Source of the DNA: Tubulanus polymorphus
Taxonomy: Eukaryota; Animalia; Nemertea
Length of the DNA stretch: 64,000 nucleotides
Direction: 5' to 3'
Assembly: GCF_964204645.1 (NCBI RefSeq)
Contig: NC_134029.1
Location: forward strand, 3,224,001 to 3,288,000
The notes beneath the pieces are model-generated. The model was not told where the DNA came from and made no database searches. It worked only from the letters and a program-made list of their open reading frames with translations. Shown here in pieces: positions 1 to 12,400 of the stretch. Position 1 is the stretch's first letter, and the number at the start of each line of letters is the position of its first letter. A program made the translations under genes and the position numbers.

Positions 1-3000
1 TTTGTGGCTGATTTAGTCAGCAAATTTGAAAATGATTTTGAGAATGTAAGTATTAGTTTTCGTCATGATTTAACATTCATTGTTATAAATTTCCTTTTAT
101 GAATCAAGAAGCAAATTCTTTGATTATTATTCTTAGAGAATTGATGATAATCATAATCATAAATGCATTTTCCTTATTGAGGCGTTTTTTAGGGGAAGAA
201 CTTATACCACTATTGTACCCGAGGCCTTTATGGTAGATGAATCATAACAGAAAATCTTTTTTACTTTTCCAGCTTTTAAGAAAAAGAGCAAAAAGGAAAC
301 TAGATTTGGATGGAACGAACGCGATTCCAGATTTTACCCGACGAGATCGAGGTGAATGGTTTATATCAGAAATTCCGACGCGCTTGAAATGTAGACACGT
401 CGACCTCGGAGATGTTTCACCAGCTAATACTCAACATTTTGTTGCCGCTTTGAAATCATCGGCTCAAGGAATTCAGGTAGGTCTGTTTTATATTGCTCTT
501 CCATTTCATTTTAACATTCTAAACTTTTTATCTATATCTATAATCTTCAAGATTTTGTTTAGTATTTTATTTAAAAGTTTTTTTTTTAATAAATAAATCT
601 TGAAATGAGGGGAAAATTTCAGGAAAAGCGAAGCATTGTTTTATGAAAGGTAACAGTGATGAATTGGGCAAATGTTTCATTTTTAGAATCTCAAAATAAA
701 TTTTTTGTTAATCTGATTTTTATTCATAATTTTGGATGAATTATGAATATTTTCCATTACCTATTAGTTAAGGCTATATTTCAAAAGAAAATATTTTTCA
801 ATGCAAGAAGTGGTTGGGTTTTTTCCAGATAGCAGCAACAAGGAGCCACATGCTCCCCTTTGAGAGTTTCCTGTGCCCTTTTGAAAAACAACAGCAATTT
901 TTCCACCTGCAACTGATAGGAGAGTTGGGCACATATGTTTATATTCTCTGGAATAGATTTGAAGTGCCTGGAAATTGCATTAAAATGTACCGAAATTTCA
1001 CAATTATCCAGACCCTATTTTTGCTTCATTTCTACGGCGCTTGGCCATTTCATTTCTTTGTGCTCCTGTCAAAGTCTGCCCCTGGGATTTTAAATCAAAA
1101 CAAATCAAATCTTCCAATCAAATAAATTAGAGGGACTCCTTATTTTAGGATCAAATAAATCATTCTTGTCAAGATCTACAATACTATACCACCTACTGAT
1201 ATAAAAGATGAATTTAATGATGAAAGAAGAAGACTTTTCCAAATATTGATAAATTGTGTGAGTTGACATTCACTACATGGGGTAACACATGCCCAGTTAA
1301 TCAAATCCAAACTGGCACATTGGTCTTACACCATACACTGAATGACAAACACAAGTCTTAAGTCAATCGGCATTTTGATGAAAAGTTCTATTTCTGATTG
1401 ATGCTTAGTACCAGTTCATTCTTGATGATGGTAAAATCCTGATGTTGTCGGTTCACTGAAGATTTTCTAACCCGTAGGTGGCTTCTGTCAGATGGCCATT
1501 GGAAGTTTTATAATGCCCAATGAACATCTCACAAAACCTCACCTCCGACTTAATGAAGTCATCTACAATCAGCATCTATTTTCATGTCTGCAAAGAATGA
1601 ATATAACATAAAACATATAACATAAAGAAAATCTGATGATTCCTTGTAGCAATAACATACCTGTTCTAGTCTCCTCAGTTTGGAGACTGAATTTTCCACA
1701 TCTGAAGCCAGTATTTATACAGCAGTTCTCGCTAATTAACTATTAGTGCCATTTAGATGGCTGGAAAATGTGTAAATTAGACATTAGAGACTTCTGGTCA
1801 GTCGGACTGTGAAATGACTCAGCTGGGGGTCTGAAAGTCATTGTTGTATGCAGGTGCTGATCAACAATCCATCTGTTCTTTAATCAGAGATTCGTGATAA
1901 ATGTTGGTCATCATCCACCTGTTTTTGAATGATATATTGTTCATTTATGTCAAAAGAATTACTAGTCAGACAACTAGAGTCCTATGCGTGTGATTACTAC
2001 AAGTTCGTTAATCCATTTACTGAAGTCAACATCACTCATCAGAATACATGTCTTTGTATGCAATTTTAAAGTAACTAAATTGAGACTTTTTAGACTGACT
2101 TTGATGATGGACATTGTCCGACGTGGTTTAACCAAATTAGAGGTTTATGGAACGTGTACAGAGCGGTGCATGGTAAAATCCCTGGTACGTAATCAATCGC
2201 GGTCAATAAGAAAACATCAAGGTCTCGATGCTGAAATCCTTAAGATGGACCATTTCCTTACAGGTGTTCATTCAATTGAAAAAGTGCCTGTTCTGATGCT
2301 GAGACCTCGAGCCTGGAATATGATCGAACACAACATGCTTGTAAGTTCTGTATGAATCTTGCCCAAATCAATTTAGACTAGTGACAGTCTTTGTAGCGTC
2401 AATAGTTGAAATAAATTTATTATCATAGTGTAATGAAGATTTAACAACAAAAAAACACATCGATATTCAGATCTGAATCTTGCCCTTTCGCACTGAACTT
2501 CATGGTTGGTGACAATTCTTAAGAAATTTCACAGCGACATTAGTTAAGTGATAATTTTTATATCTCTAAAGGTAAATGGAAAAGAAGTGCCAGGACCACT
2601 GTTCGATTTTGGACTGCTGATGTTTCACAATGCTAGAATTCTCGCTCAAGTTAAAAGCGGTCCCTTCTTTTACTTGTCAAAGGTGAAGTAGTAGCTATGA
2701 GTTATAGATGTGAAGAAGAATTACTTATAATTTAGCATTTTTGTAACATTCTGTTTGTATTACAGCTTGAAAGTTCGACGGAAGCGAAATTATGGAATGA
2801 TATATTTGTTTATACTCAAATGAAGGTAAAATAGGTTATGGTTTCACAAGAATGTATAAATCTAAAATCAATCTAATTTCTTCATTAATTCAGTTTATCT
2901 TAAATCAATTTAGGAGTTTATGATTTTTGTAAAACTGGGCTCTGATATATATTTTTCCAACAATCGTAGATATTGTCCTCCACACTTATTACTGTTCACC

Positions 3001-5243
3001 ATTCGAGTTGATACTTGACTTCCTTTCATGCTAAAATCTCATCAACACCTCGTAACTGCTGCTAATCATTTTCCGTTTAAATCGTGACTAACTCGAAGAA
3101 TCTAATTCCTGGAATTATACCGCTCCTTAGAGAGAAGTACATTATACAGCCCAAAATTTTTCTAATGCATTTTTTGACATAAAACTGGCCCCAAATTTTT
3201 ATCTTACATTGCTTAGTTCTCATCTTTTTAGCTTGGGCTTCCACGAGGAACCATCAAAGCTTGTGTATTGATTGAAAATATCTTGGCTGCATTTGAAATG
3301 GAAGAAATTCTGTATGAATTGCGTGATCATTCTGCTGGTTTGAACTGCGGAATGTGGGATTATTCAGCTTCAATCATTAATAAATTCGGTTAGTAATTTT
3401 TAACCTGGATTTTGAGAGTTGTTGGCATGAAAATATGAAATATATGTATGTTTCTAAATTATTTCAATACATTAAAAGGCATGTACAATCATCATGTTTA
3501 TATTGCTAGTTTTGCTTGATAAGACTCGGCAGAATTATAGTGGTGTTTTAAAAATGATAACCATAGGGAGCGTTCATAAATTACGTACCTTCATTGGGGG
3601 AGGGGGGGTTACTGAATTTTGGTACAAAGTGGTACATGGGGGAGGGGGTCAGCAAAAAAGGTACGTACTTTGAGGGAGGGGGGTATTAATCAATCTTGGT
3701 ACGTACTTTATGTACCAAACTCAAATGAAAATAGCCGTAGGCCCAACGTACATACTGGCTACACCCACAATACTTTTTTCATTAGTCTAGTTACAAGAAA
3801 TCATTTATAATTGCTATAGAATTACTATTCATTCATTCATGTAATAGAAAGGAGTCGGAAAAATCTTCTTTTCTGTATTTCAGGTCATCGGCGAGAATTT
3901 GTTCTTCCAGATCGTAAAAAGTATGTTTCGATGGATCGTCATTTCCTGAAAAGTTACATGGATCTAGTGATACAAGTTTGTCACAAACACGGTGCTCATG
4001 TTACCGGCGGAATGGCTGCGAAACTTGTGACAGAAAAAGAGGAAAAAAACGCTATAGAAACTGTTTGCAGGTAATTAGTATGAACAATTATCTTTGATCT
4101 TTTTATTTTTATTTAAAAAAAATGTTATTTATCTTGGAAACAGAGTTTTTTTTAAAATCCAATTTGATATGAATTTTGTAGTATTCTTTAAAACAATAAA
4201 GATTTGTATTTTATTTTCTAGGGGTAAATTACTCGAAATCGAAGCTGGTGCTGATGGTTTTATGGTTTATGACCTGAAATTAGTTAAGATTATGCAGAAT
4301 CTTTTCAAGAAAAAGACTTCAGGAATAAATCAACTCAATGTCACTAGAGGTGAAGTCAATATTCGTGCAGATGACTTGTTACAGATGCCCACAGTAAGGA
4401 CCACTTTTTCCACAAAAGAATTTGATTGTGCATCAATTTCTTGCTTGTAAACAAATTTTTTTACGTATTTGATTCCAGGGTGGAGTGACACTGAATGGAC
4501 TCAAGTACAATATTTCAGTCGGGATTTTGTTCATATATTCATGGCTGAAAGGTGAATATATTACATAATAGTAAACTGCTATGATAAGATTGCACAAACC
4601 CTTTCTCTGCTATTTTTACTATCTACATGCGTTTTATAATTTATTTTCAGGAAATGGTCACTTTTATTTCCAAGGGGGTGTTGAAGACTCTGCAACTGCC
4701 GAAATTTCTCGTTCCCAGGTAAAGATAGAATTAATCGCTTGAAGAAATATACATTTTTGAAGTCAACATTTGTAGGGTTTAGGGTTTAAGAACAATAAGT
4801 TGTTTTCGAGCCAAGCGGTGTTATTTTCATAAAGCTTGAAAATAAAGCATAGTGTGACAAAAATGTTTAATTACAATGCTTTTTAGGCCTGATACATTTA
4901 ATTCAGATTTCAGATAAACTATAACGATATATTATACCCAAAACTATTTATCACTCTCTATCAGGTCTGGCAGTGGATCCGTCATAGGGCAAGATTAGAA
5001 GAAAATGGAGAACTGATCACATTTTCAATGGTACAAACTGTCGTTCGGACGACGATTGATGAAATTCTCCGTCGTGAGCAGATTGATAATCAATTACTAA
5101 ACCAAGCTGCAGACACTTTCCTTGAAATCGTAATGAAACACGAATTCCCTGAGTTCATTACGACTTATCTAAATGAAGAGCATCTGTTTCATTCTGTTCA
5201 TCCGAACAGGAACAGTAACTCGAAAGTCACTTCTAAATTATAG
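1..5243 (+). CDS. Malate synthase (malate synthase A-like), peroxisomal; 5' end lies outside the window
   Basis: Phase-consistent GT-AG exons: <1-45, 273-476, 2094-2184, 2264-2340, 2572-2682, 2766-2825, 3232-3388, 3884-4070, 4222-4393, 4479-4551, 4651-4718, 4965-5243 (507 aa visible). Motifs: [111 protein letters not shown]-terminal SKL* (PTS1). Confidence 0.95.
3563..3710. mobile_element. Probable MITE fragment in malate synthase intron, related to the element at 52298-52461
   Basis: Starts TAGGGAGCGTTCATAAATTACGTAC with GGGGAGGGGG tracts and GTACGTAC motifs, the same layout as the TIR element at 52298-52461; right end not clearly intact. Confidence 0.5.
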
Positions 5244-6309
5244 ATAAAAACGTTATCATTGATCATTCATTGATTGTCATAAATGTTATCGTAAATGATT
5301 ACTCTGACATGTATTAAGCCAGGGAAATAGTGGGGTATTTTGGATTCCTTGATCTGTAAGAACCTAGGGATATATTGTTGATTTTAGAGCTATTTACAGG
5401 ATGAAGTATTTGCTATCTAAATATACATCATTTATTATTATGAATTTTTCTAGTCAATTTTTACAATCAACAAATTTGTTAATCGTTTAAAGTGTGAAAT
5501 AATCATGATTCATATAAAAATTTAGTCAAATCCATTCAATTGTTGTAGTTTGTTTTTTCACAAGTTTCAATTCACAAGGATGTATTTCCACATGACTGAA
5601 AGCCTTCAAATGCAACACTCAGCATAACAACTGAAGCCATACAGGGGGCCAGCAATCAAATGCTGTGATGTTTGCATTCTATTTTAAGACGACTTATTTC
5701 CTTAGCAGAAAAAATAAAATTAAGCGACCTTCTTGCAACTGATAGTGGTATTTATTAGCTTGAACATTTGTAGCACGATTATTTAATTTCTGGATGGATA
5801 AGTTGGGATTTTTTACAAACTCGGTTTCAGGAAAATCAATCTAATGCACATTTTATGAGGTACATACCGAATATGCTCAAAATGCTGATTTTCCTTCCAT
5901 ATGAACACAATTTTAATCATTAGGTACATGGAGAAGTGGCTTATCCCTGGAGATGAATACATACATCATCAATGGCCCCAAAAAGATGTCGATTTGTTTA
6001 ATATCAGGGTTTGTAGCAGTTGGAGGCAAAATTCAACATTTTTTCCTGAATCCAATGATGAGTTCCTGGTATTTCTCTTATTTAATGGTAAAGCCATGAA
6101 ATAACAAAATGCGTTAAGATTGCAATAAGAGTTATCAGTAGAAATTTCCTGTGATGACACAAACAATAAGTACTTCTCAGATCTTTCAGGGTTTAACCGA
6201 AAAGTAAGCACTAATCGGGGCCTATCCTGAATATTTCCAACTTATCATACTAAGCCGGACTTTAACTACAAACCCAGAATTAAATTGATAAACTCAGCGG
6301 GAAAGCCGT

Positions 6310-9126
6310 TTATGTCTCCTTGACGACAACACCGTCATTATAAGTATTCATATTAGCACCGGTTTGGGTTTTATCATTAACACGCGACGACAAACTGAAA
6401 TTCATATTTTTCTCTGCGCACGGTTCCAACGAAACTGACATAGTATAATTGTGATCGGTATTTGCCACAGACACCGACGATTTCATAGAATAATCGTGAT
6501 CATTGCTAATTCGTTCGTTTACGCTGCTCGAATCGACAACGTTATTGTTCCGACAGAGAGAAACATAGCTTTTATCCAGTCCATCCATAATATTTATCTG
6601 ATGACCCTGTTCCTCGTCAGATGTTTCTGAAAAATGTTCATTATCATCCGTTGTCGTTGTCGCAGGACGATGCCCGGACAATTTTGTAGCAAACGCAATT
6701 TTTCGAGAACTTTTTCGTTTCTTTTTCTGAAAAAGGATAAGAATGATAATAAACAATGATTTAATAGTTGATGAAATATGAATACCCGGTAGCGAAGAAT
6801 AGCGACAAACCTTCGGTTTAGGTCGATCTGGATCATGCAATTTCATGTGAAGTTCTAACTTTTGCTGAAAAGAATGCAAGAATTTCTTTGTAATACGACA
6901 CATCATTTAGGGGCTTGTTGATATTAAACTTCTAGATCTTCCTGCAAGCCATGTGTAGATACGTGAAGGAAGTGTACCAAATGATGGGAGCGCGTATGCT
7001 TGCAGATAAGTTGTTGGTTTTCAATAAGCAATGAACCGTGGCACACCTGGTAATGCAAAAAACATTAACCGGCAAATTTTGTGACGCCGTAGCAACCAAC
7101 AGAGTTTTAGGAGCTGTATATCGACTTCCAGTAAGGCAGTGAACGTGTTTGAAAAAATATTGCTGCAATTGTCGACAGATTTAAAACCACATTTAGGAAG
7201 AAATAATTACACTTCATATCAAGGACTTAACAGCAGAGCTGTTAGGCCGTCCTACCTTTGTGACAAATGTATGTCCACAACCTTTGTGTAGACACGGAAA
7301 GCGTTGACCGTCGTGGTAGGATTTAATATGAGCGACGAGGTTACGTTTATCGAGGTATACTCTCGGACATCCATCACGTGGACAGATGAACACTTGACGA
7401 GCATCGCTGTGACATTGTAAGTGACGTCGCAGTTTCTGTTTATTAGGAAATACTTGACTACACGTGTCACAGGTCAGACCTGAAGAAAACATCAGTTTAC
7501 CATAAGAACATTATTTATTACGAACCCATGAAATGTTTTTAATTCTAATTGTTAACAGCCACACCTCGCCAATTCTATTAAATTGCCTCCCCACGCGGCG
7601 TTATTCTCACCTTGTTTGTGTTTGGTAGCTAAATGCTTTCTAAGAACACTCCATTTCTCGAACACTTCTGAACAGTGGTGATGAGTACATTTATATCCCT
7701 CGTGTATTCGCATATGCAGTTTAAGTTTACTCGGCATCACAAAACTTTTCTCACATCCTTCATGAGTGCACCTTAAAATGATAATCAATAAACTCACAAA
7801 CAAGGGATGAAAGAATTGCATACACTTGTGTAAATTGAATAAGAGGGTCTAGAGAAAATCCCCTTTAACGATGATTGTCAATCTCTGGATAGGAAATTAT
7901 AAATGAAAATGGTGGCATATCATCCAGCTACAGAATGGCCACTTATCTGGAAATCAGGGTATTTTCTCTAAGTCAGGGAATTTCGTAAAGGATAAGTCGG
8001 GGAAATTTGCTGAGATAAAAGTGGCTACCCTGAACCAGTCTGGCCAGGTGTCATTTGTTCGTACTGCATACAGGTATGGTAGATGAACATGGAAATAACA
8101 GGTACTCACTTGTATGGTTTAACACCGGTATGAGTAAATTCATGTCCTCTCAGGTGATGGTGCTTCTTAAAAACTTTGTCGCAATCTTTGCACTGAAAAA
8201 AAGATCAAAATCAATAACAAAACATTCATGGTGAACATTGTGAAAGTGAGATACAATACCAGTACCTTATAGACATGTGTCTCATGGCGGCGTTGTATGT
8301 GTTTGTTTAGGTTGTCTTGTGAAACAAAACTCTGACTGCAGTCATCATGTGGGCACCTAGAAACATGAAAAGTTTCTGCTGATAGTCGAAATCAATGATT
8401 TTTACACAAGGAATCATTTGTTTGTTTGATTACTTACTGTATGATTATTTTGTTTTGTTTATCATCTGGTATGTGAGATTTATCGATATGACGTTGTAGA
8501 TGAGCTGATCTAGTGTATGTACGGTCGCAGTGGTTACACGCATACGGTCTCTGTGTCAGAAAATAGAAAATCATAGATTCTTCAACTGACGAGTATGAAG
8601 ATACAACAGACAGGGGTGTGTCTAAACATGTTGTGTCAATGTCTGTCTAAACATTTTGAAAGGCCAATCGACCCCCTGTTCCGTGATTTTACATGCTTTT
8701 CACAGGGGTCCTTACAGTTCAGGGCAAGTCACCAAAAATGCTCTTACGTCTCAGAATTGTCTTTTTTTGTCTGCAGTGCAGGGAGTATGAAATCCGGAAT
8801 TCCCTGATCTGTAAGAACCCTATTGTTTTGAATCGAGATGAATAGTCGAATACCTGCCCTGCTGGTCATGGTATGGTATGGTGGTGGTGGTGGTGGTGGT
8901 TTCGTTGACGTTAGTTAAGTTAGTTGTTACCTTTTTTTAGCCCATGATGGGCAAATGAGTGATTGTAAATATTTACCTCACCAGTGTGGGTTCTAGTGTG
9001 ATGTTCTAGTCGATCTGGTCTCGAAAACGTTTTACCACAGTTTTCGAAGGAACACAGATACACTGACGGCCTCGTTGATTTAATTTCACGGTTAGTTTTA
9101 CCAGAAACAACGTCCCCGTCAGCCAT
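6310..9126 (-). CDS. GTF3A: Transcription factor IIIA (5S rRNA gene factor), nine C2H2 zinc fingers
   Basis: Exons in transcript order: 9126-8977, 8550-8438, 8356-8266, 8192-8110, 7771-7611, 7479-7256, 6864-6811, 6726-6310 (430 aa). Nine fingers with TFIIIA-typical strings: FKKHHHLRGH, CTHEGCEKSFVMPSKLKLHMRIHEGYKC, KWSVLRKH, CPRDGCPRVY...NLVAHIKSYH, HDPDRPKPK, and the post-finger basic segment KKRKSSRKIAFATKLSGH. Confidence 0.93.
7934..8032. repeat. Short interspersed repeat (TGGCCAC...CAGGGAATTT family)
   Basis: TGGCCACTTATCTGGAAATCAGGG...TCAGGGAATTT...GTGGCTACCCTG; a related copy starts near 38158 (GGTGGCCACTGATCTGGAAA...CAGGGAATTTG). Confidence 0.55.
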
Positions 9127-9471
9127 GTTTGTAGCTCCACATTCTACACATTTCGCGCAGCTCTGAGAAATCGGTTTCGAATCCCGGTTTAATCCGAAGC
9201 TTTCACCCAAAGTTTGAGACTCATATCATAGAATTTGTTATACATTTTATAGAATTAATCCATATTATTTGAAAGATCTCAAATATAGGCATATTACATT
9301 TCTATAAATATGGTTTCGATATATTTCTTGAATTGAATTGAATATCGTTCTAAGGAGTTTCTGAAATATCCATGCTGTTTTCAGCACTAAATTTCAAAAT
9401 GCGAGCTTTTAGATTTAGTATTTTCCCCTGTGTTTAGTTGATTGGTGTTAGCCGATGATGTTATGTTAATC
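9127..9471. promoter_or_regulatory. Bidirectional promoter region shared by GTF3A and the Scm3/HJURP-like gene
   Basis: Divergent start codons at 9126 (-) and 9472 (+) are only ~345 bp apart. Confidence 0.7.
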
Positions 9472-12400
9472 ATGGAGGATAAGCTAGAACGAATGTTTAG
9501 TGGGTTTGCTGATTCGAAGAGTAAATTTATTTACGCTTATGAATCTATCATTGAAAAGGTAATTCTACTAAAAAACTTAAGTCAAGAATAAGAAGATATT
9601 GTTTCAATGTTTGTTTATTATCTTCTCGTCTCATCTAGGCCTAATTAATAATAGCGCGTTCGATTATCTTTTCCTAGTAAGCCTGGATGCGTTCGATTTA
9701 TCCATCACTTGATAGTTTGGGCTGCCCCGGGCAAGTTAAAGTGAGCGACTCCCAGAGCAGGTTACTTTAAACTTCCCTGGGTAAGCCCGAACTATCACGT
9801 GACGGATAAATCAAACGCGTCCGGGCTATCCCTGGGTATACTAAGAGAAGATAATCGAACGCGCTATAAGACAGTCTACCTGGCCTGGCCCTGGTCCTGG
9901 AAGGATCACCGACTCCTTGTCTGATGACTGAGTCTCTCACTCTCAGAGGAGTCTGATGGAATTCTTCCTTAACTCAGATAGACAAAGACATTGTTAAACT
10001 TTTCGGACCTGTTATCGCTTCACTACTGCTTTTAGTATTGTATTGTTCCACAGGCACTTGACATAGACACTATTTTTCTCTTTCCTTTTTTTGGTTCAAT
10101 TATATGGTATAATAACTAAGGACTGCAATTTGACTGGCATGAATTATCAGCTTTATCTCATATTGTCACTTTTTTCTCTGTTTATTTAGTATAATCACGA
10201 GTTTCCAGATTGCGACATCATCGATCCAACAAGCTTGACGATCGTTGAGAATAGGGGTATTTAATTGATTATCATTTCGAGCTTCTTTCCGATTAATGAC
10301 CAAATTGTCATTATATAGCTGAATCATTTTTCTTTCTTTGTGTTTTAGGGCAACTGGCAAAGAGCACATTTAAGCCAGTGAAATTAGGGACATCGATCTT
10401 AGTTAATCCATCCACAAGTAATCTCACTTTTGATCTGAGTAAGTATTTGACGAGGAAAGGGATTAGATTTGAGGAGAGTTACTAAACAGTTTTGATGAAA
10501 TCTTATGATTCTATTGATTAAATTTCAGGTAAACCTGATCATGAAAATGAAAACGATATAACGGTAAATACGACATAAGTTCAATAATGAAATATAAATA
10601 TCCTGGTAATTTTTTTTCACCTAGAAATTAGAAAAGTTACTCAGCAGATCCTTAATCGAACTCATGAAAAAACAGCCTAAAATACTATCATTACCACAAT
10701 ACAAAAGAAAGAAGAGTCCTTAAAGTTTCCTTGAGCTTATTGTTTATTTCAACATTTTGACTATCTTTATTTAAATAGTCACCTTCATTTATACTGATGG
10801 ATGAACTAAAATGACTATTAGGAATGCTTATGCACATACGCTAGTTGAAATGTAAAAAACACTCAAGCTGAAGGAAACATTTTGCTGGACTCATTTTTCT
10901 CTTGTAGTATGGACAGAGACGTGTTTCATCAATATTTTCTTTACATAAAGGTGTCGACGAATATTAGCCATGTGTACAGACGATGGGACACTGTGTTAAA
11001 CAAGGCAGAAATAACTGCTGTTGAAGGTATAATATATTGAGTTGAACTATAAAAAAAATGGGCCCTAGCCAGGGAAATAATTGGGATAGATTTGGAATAG
11101 AACACTAACCGCTGTTTGTGAGTTATCCTAATTATTTCTTAACAATTCAAATTTTCAATAATCTTTTCCCCATTTTCTTTATGTAGATTACAAACCATTC
11201 ATTCATTGAAATTAACTCTCTTTAAAGAATTTCCCTTATTATTTTTTAAGAATTATTTTTGGATCACGAAATGTTGGATGATGAAGGACTCGATTGTGAA
11301 ACGATTACTTCTACGTCATCTGTAGATTACGATACCGAAGAGGAAGTGACCCCTAGTGAGGTGAGACTGAAATCGGGATCCCTACGACTCCTTGATTCCT
11401 TAAAAACTCATTCAAAGTAGAAAATGCTTTTAAAAGTGCTTGAAACTCCTTTAATTTGAACAAAATGTCTATGACTCCTTTAAAACTCTTTCAATTTTGA
11501 GAAATAGGCAGTTAGAAATTTGTATTTACTTTTTAGTTTGCAGTTATTTAGTAGACATTTGCATCAACCGAATTAGAAGGTTATCAAATTAGAACCGAGT
11601 TTAATAATGAAAAGGATACAAATTTGCTAACAAAACCACCGAATCAATTAACGGTACCAAATTTAGGGGGAGTCTTCTGGATTGAGATATGAGAGTAATG
11701 CAGATACTTCCTCGAAATTTGAAATTTTCTCCCACATCTATGAAACTCAGCCATGCTTTTCTCATTTTTATTGGATATCCAGGAAAAACTTCTCGAAGAG
11801 GAATCGTCGTTAGAGGAAATCAATTCGTCTAACGTTGATCGAGATGAAAATGCGATTTCACCGTTGAAACGAGAATTATTTCCAGATGCGGACTCGCGCA
11901 CGCGGGAGTGTAGATCTGAAGCGCGATTGGCGAATGAAACGTATCGTGTCATTAAAAAACCATCCCATGACAGCGGATTGTCGTCGTTAAAGACGAGCAT
12001 TTCATTGAGCTCACTGGCGGAACTCGAACACAACGCCGCGCACGAGAAACGCAACCCACAAACAAACTCAAGTCATCGGCGTCGAGTGAATCTAATTACT
12101 TTAAAGAGAAAATCTCCATCTTCGGGACGCGATAGCCCTGAAAATTCTGATCGTTTGATAGTGAATGAAAACACTGGTCGAGTAGTGACGTTAGGGAATT
12201 TTAACGCGACTGTCAGCAGCGTTTGTGATAAAATACACGACGAAACAGACGGTGAAACACTGTTAGAAAATAACTACCAATCTAAAACTCTGAGTACCTG
12301 TCATCAGTATGATGATGATTACAGCGATGATGATGAAATAACGTTGTTAAAGGATGATGAAGTGACATGCATTAAAGAAGATTTCCGAAGTCCCGACCAA

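Noticed and set aside
1330-1920. Antisense exon-like segments in malate synthase intron 2 (e.g. 1701-1661)
   Set aside because: Good splice signals, but the joined frames contain stops and no recognisable protein; probably a decayed element.
10908-10970. Acceptor TTGTAG|TATGGA as exon 2 of the Scm3-like gene (IIEK|YGQ)
   Set aside because: Hits a stop after 19 codons; exon 10190-10256 gives the better motif and an open frame.
11753-11782. ATG start of the 937-aa ORF
   Set aside because: MLFSFLLDIQ is the intron pyrimidine tract; the exon begins after the AG at 11781-11782.
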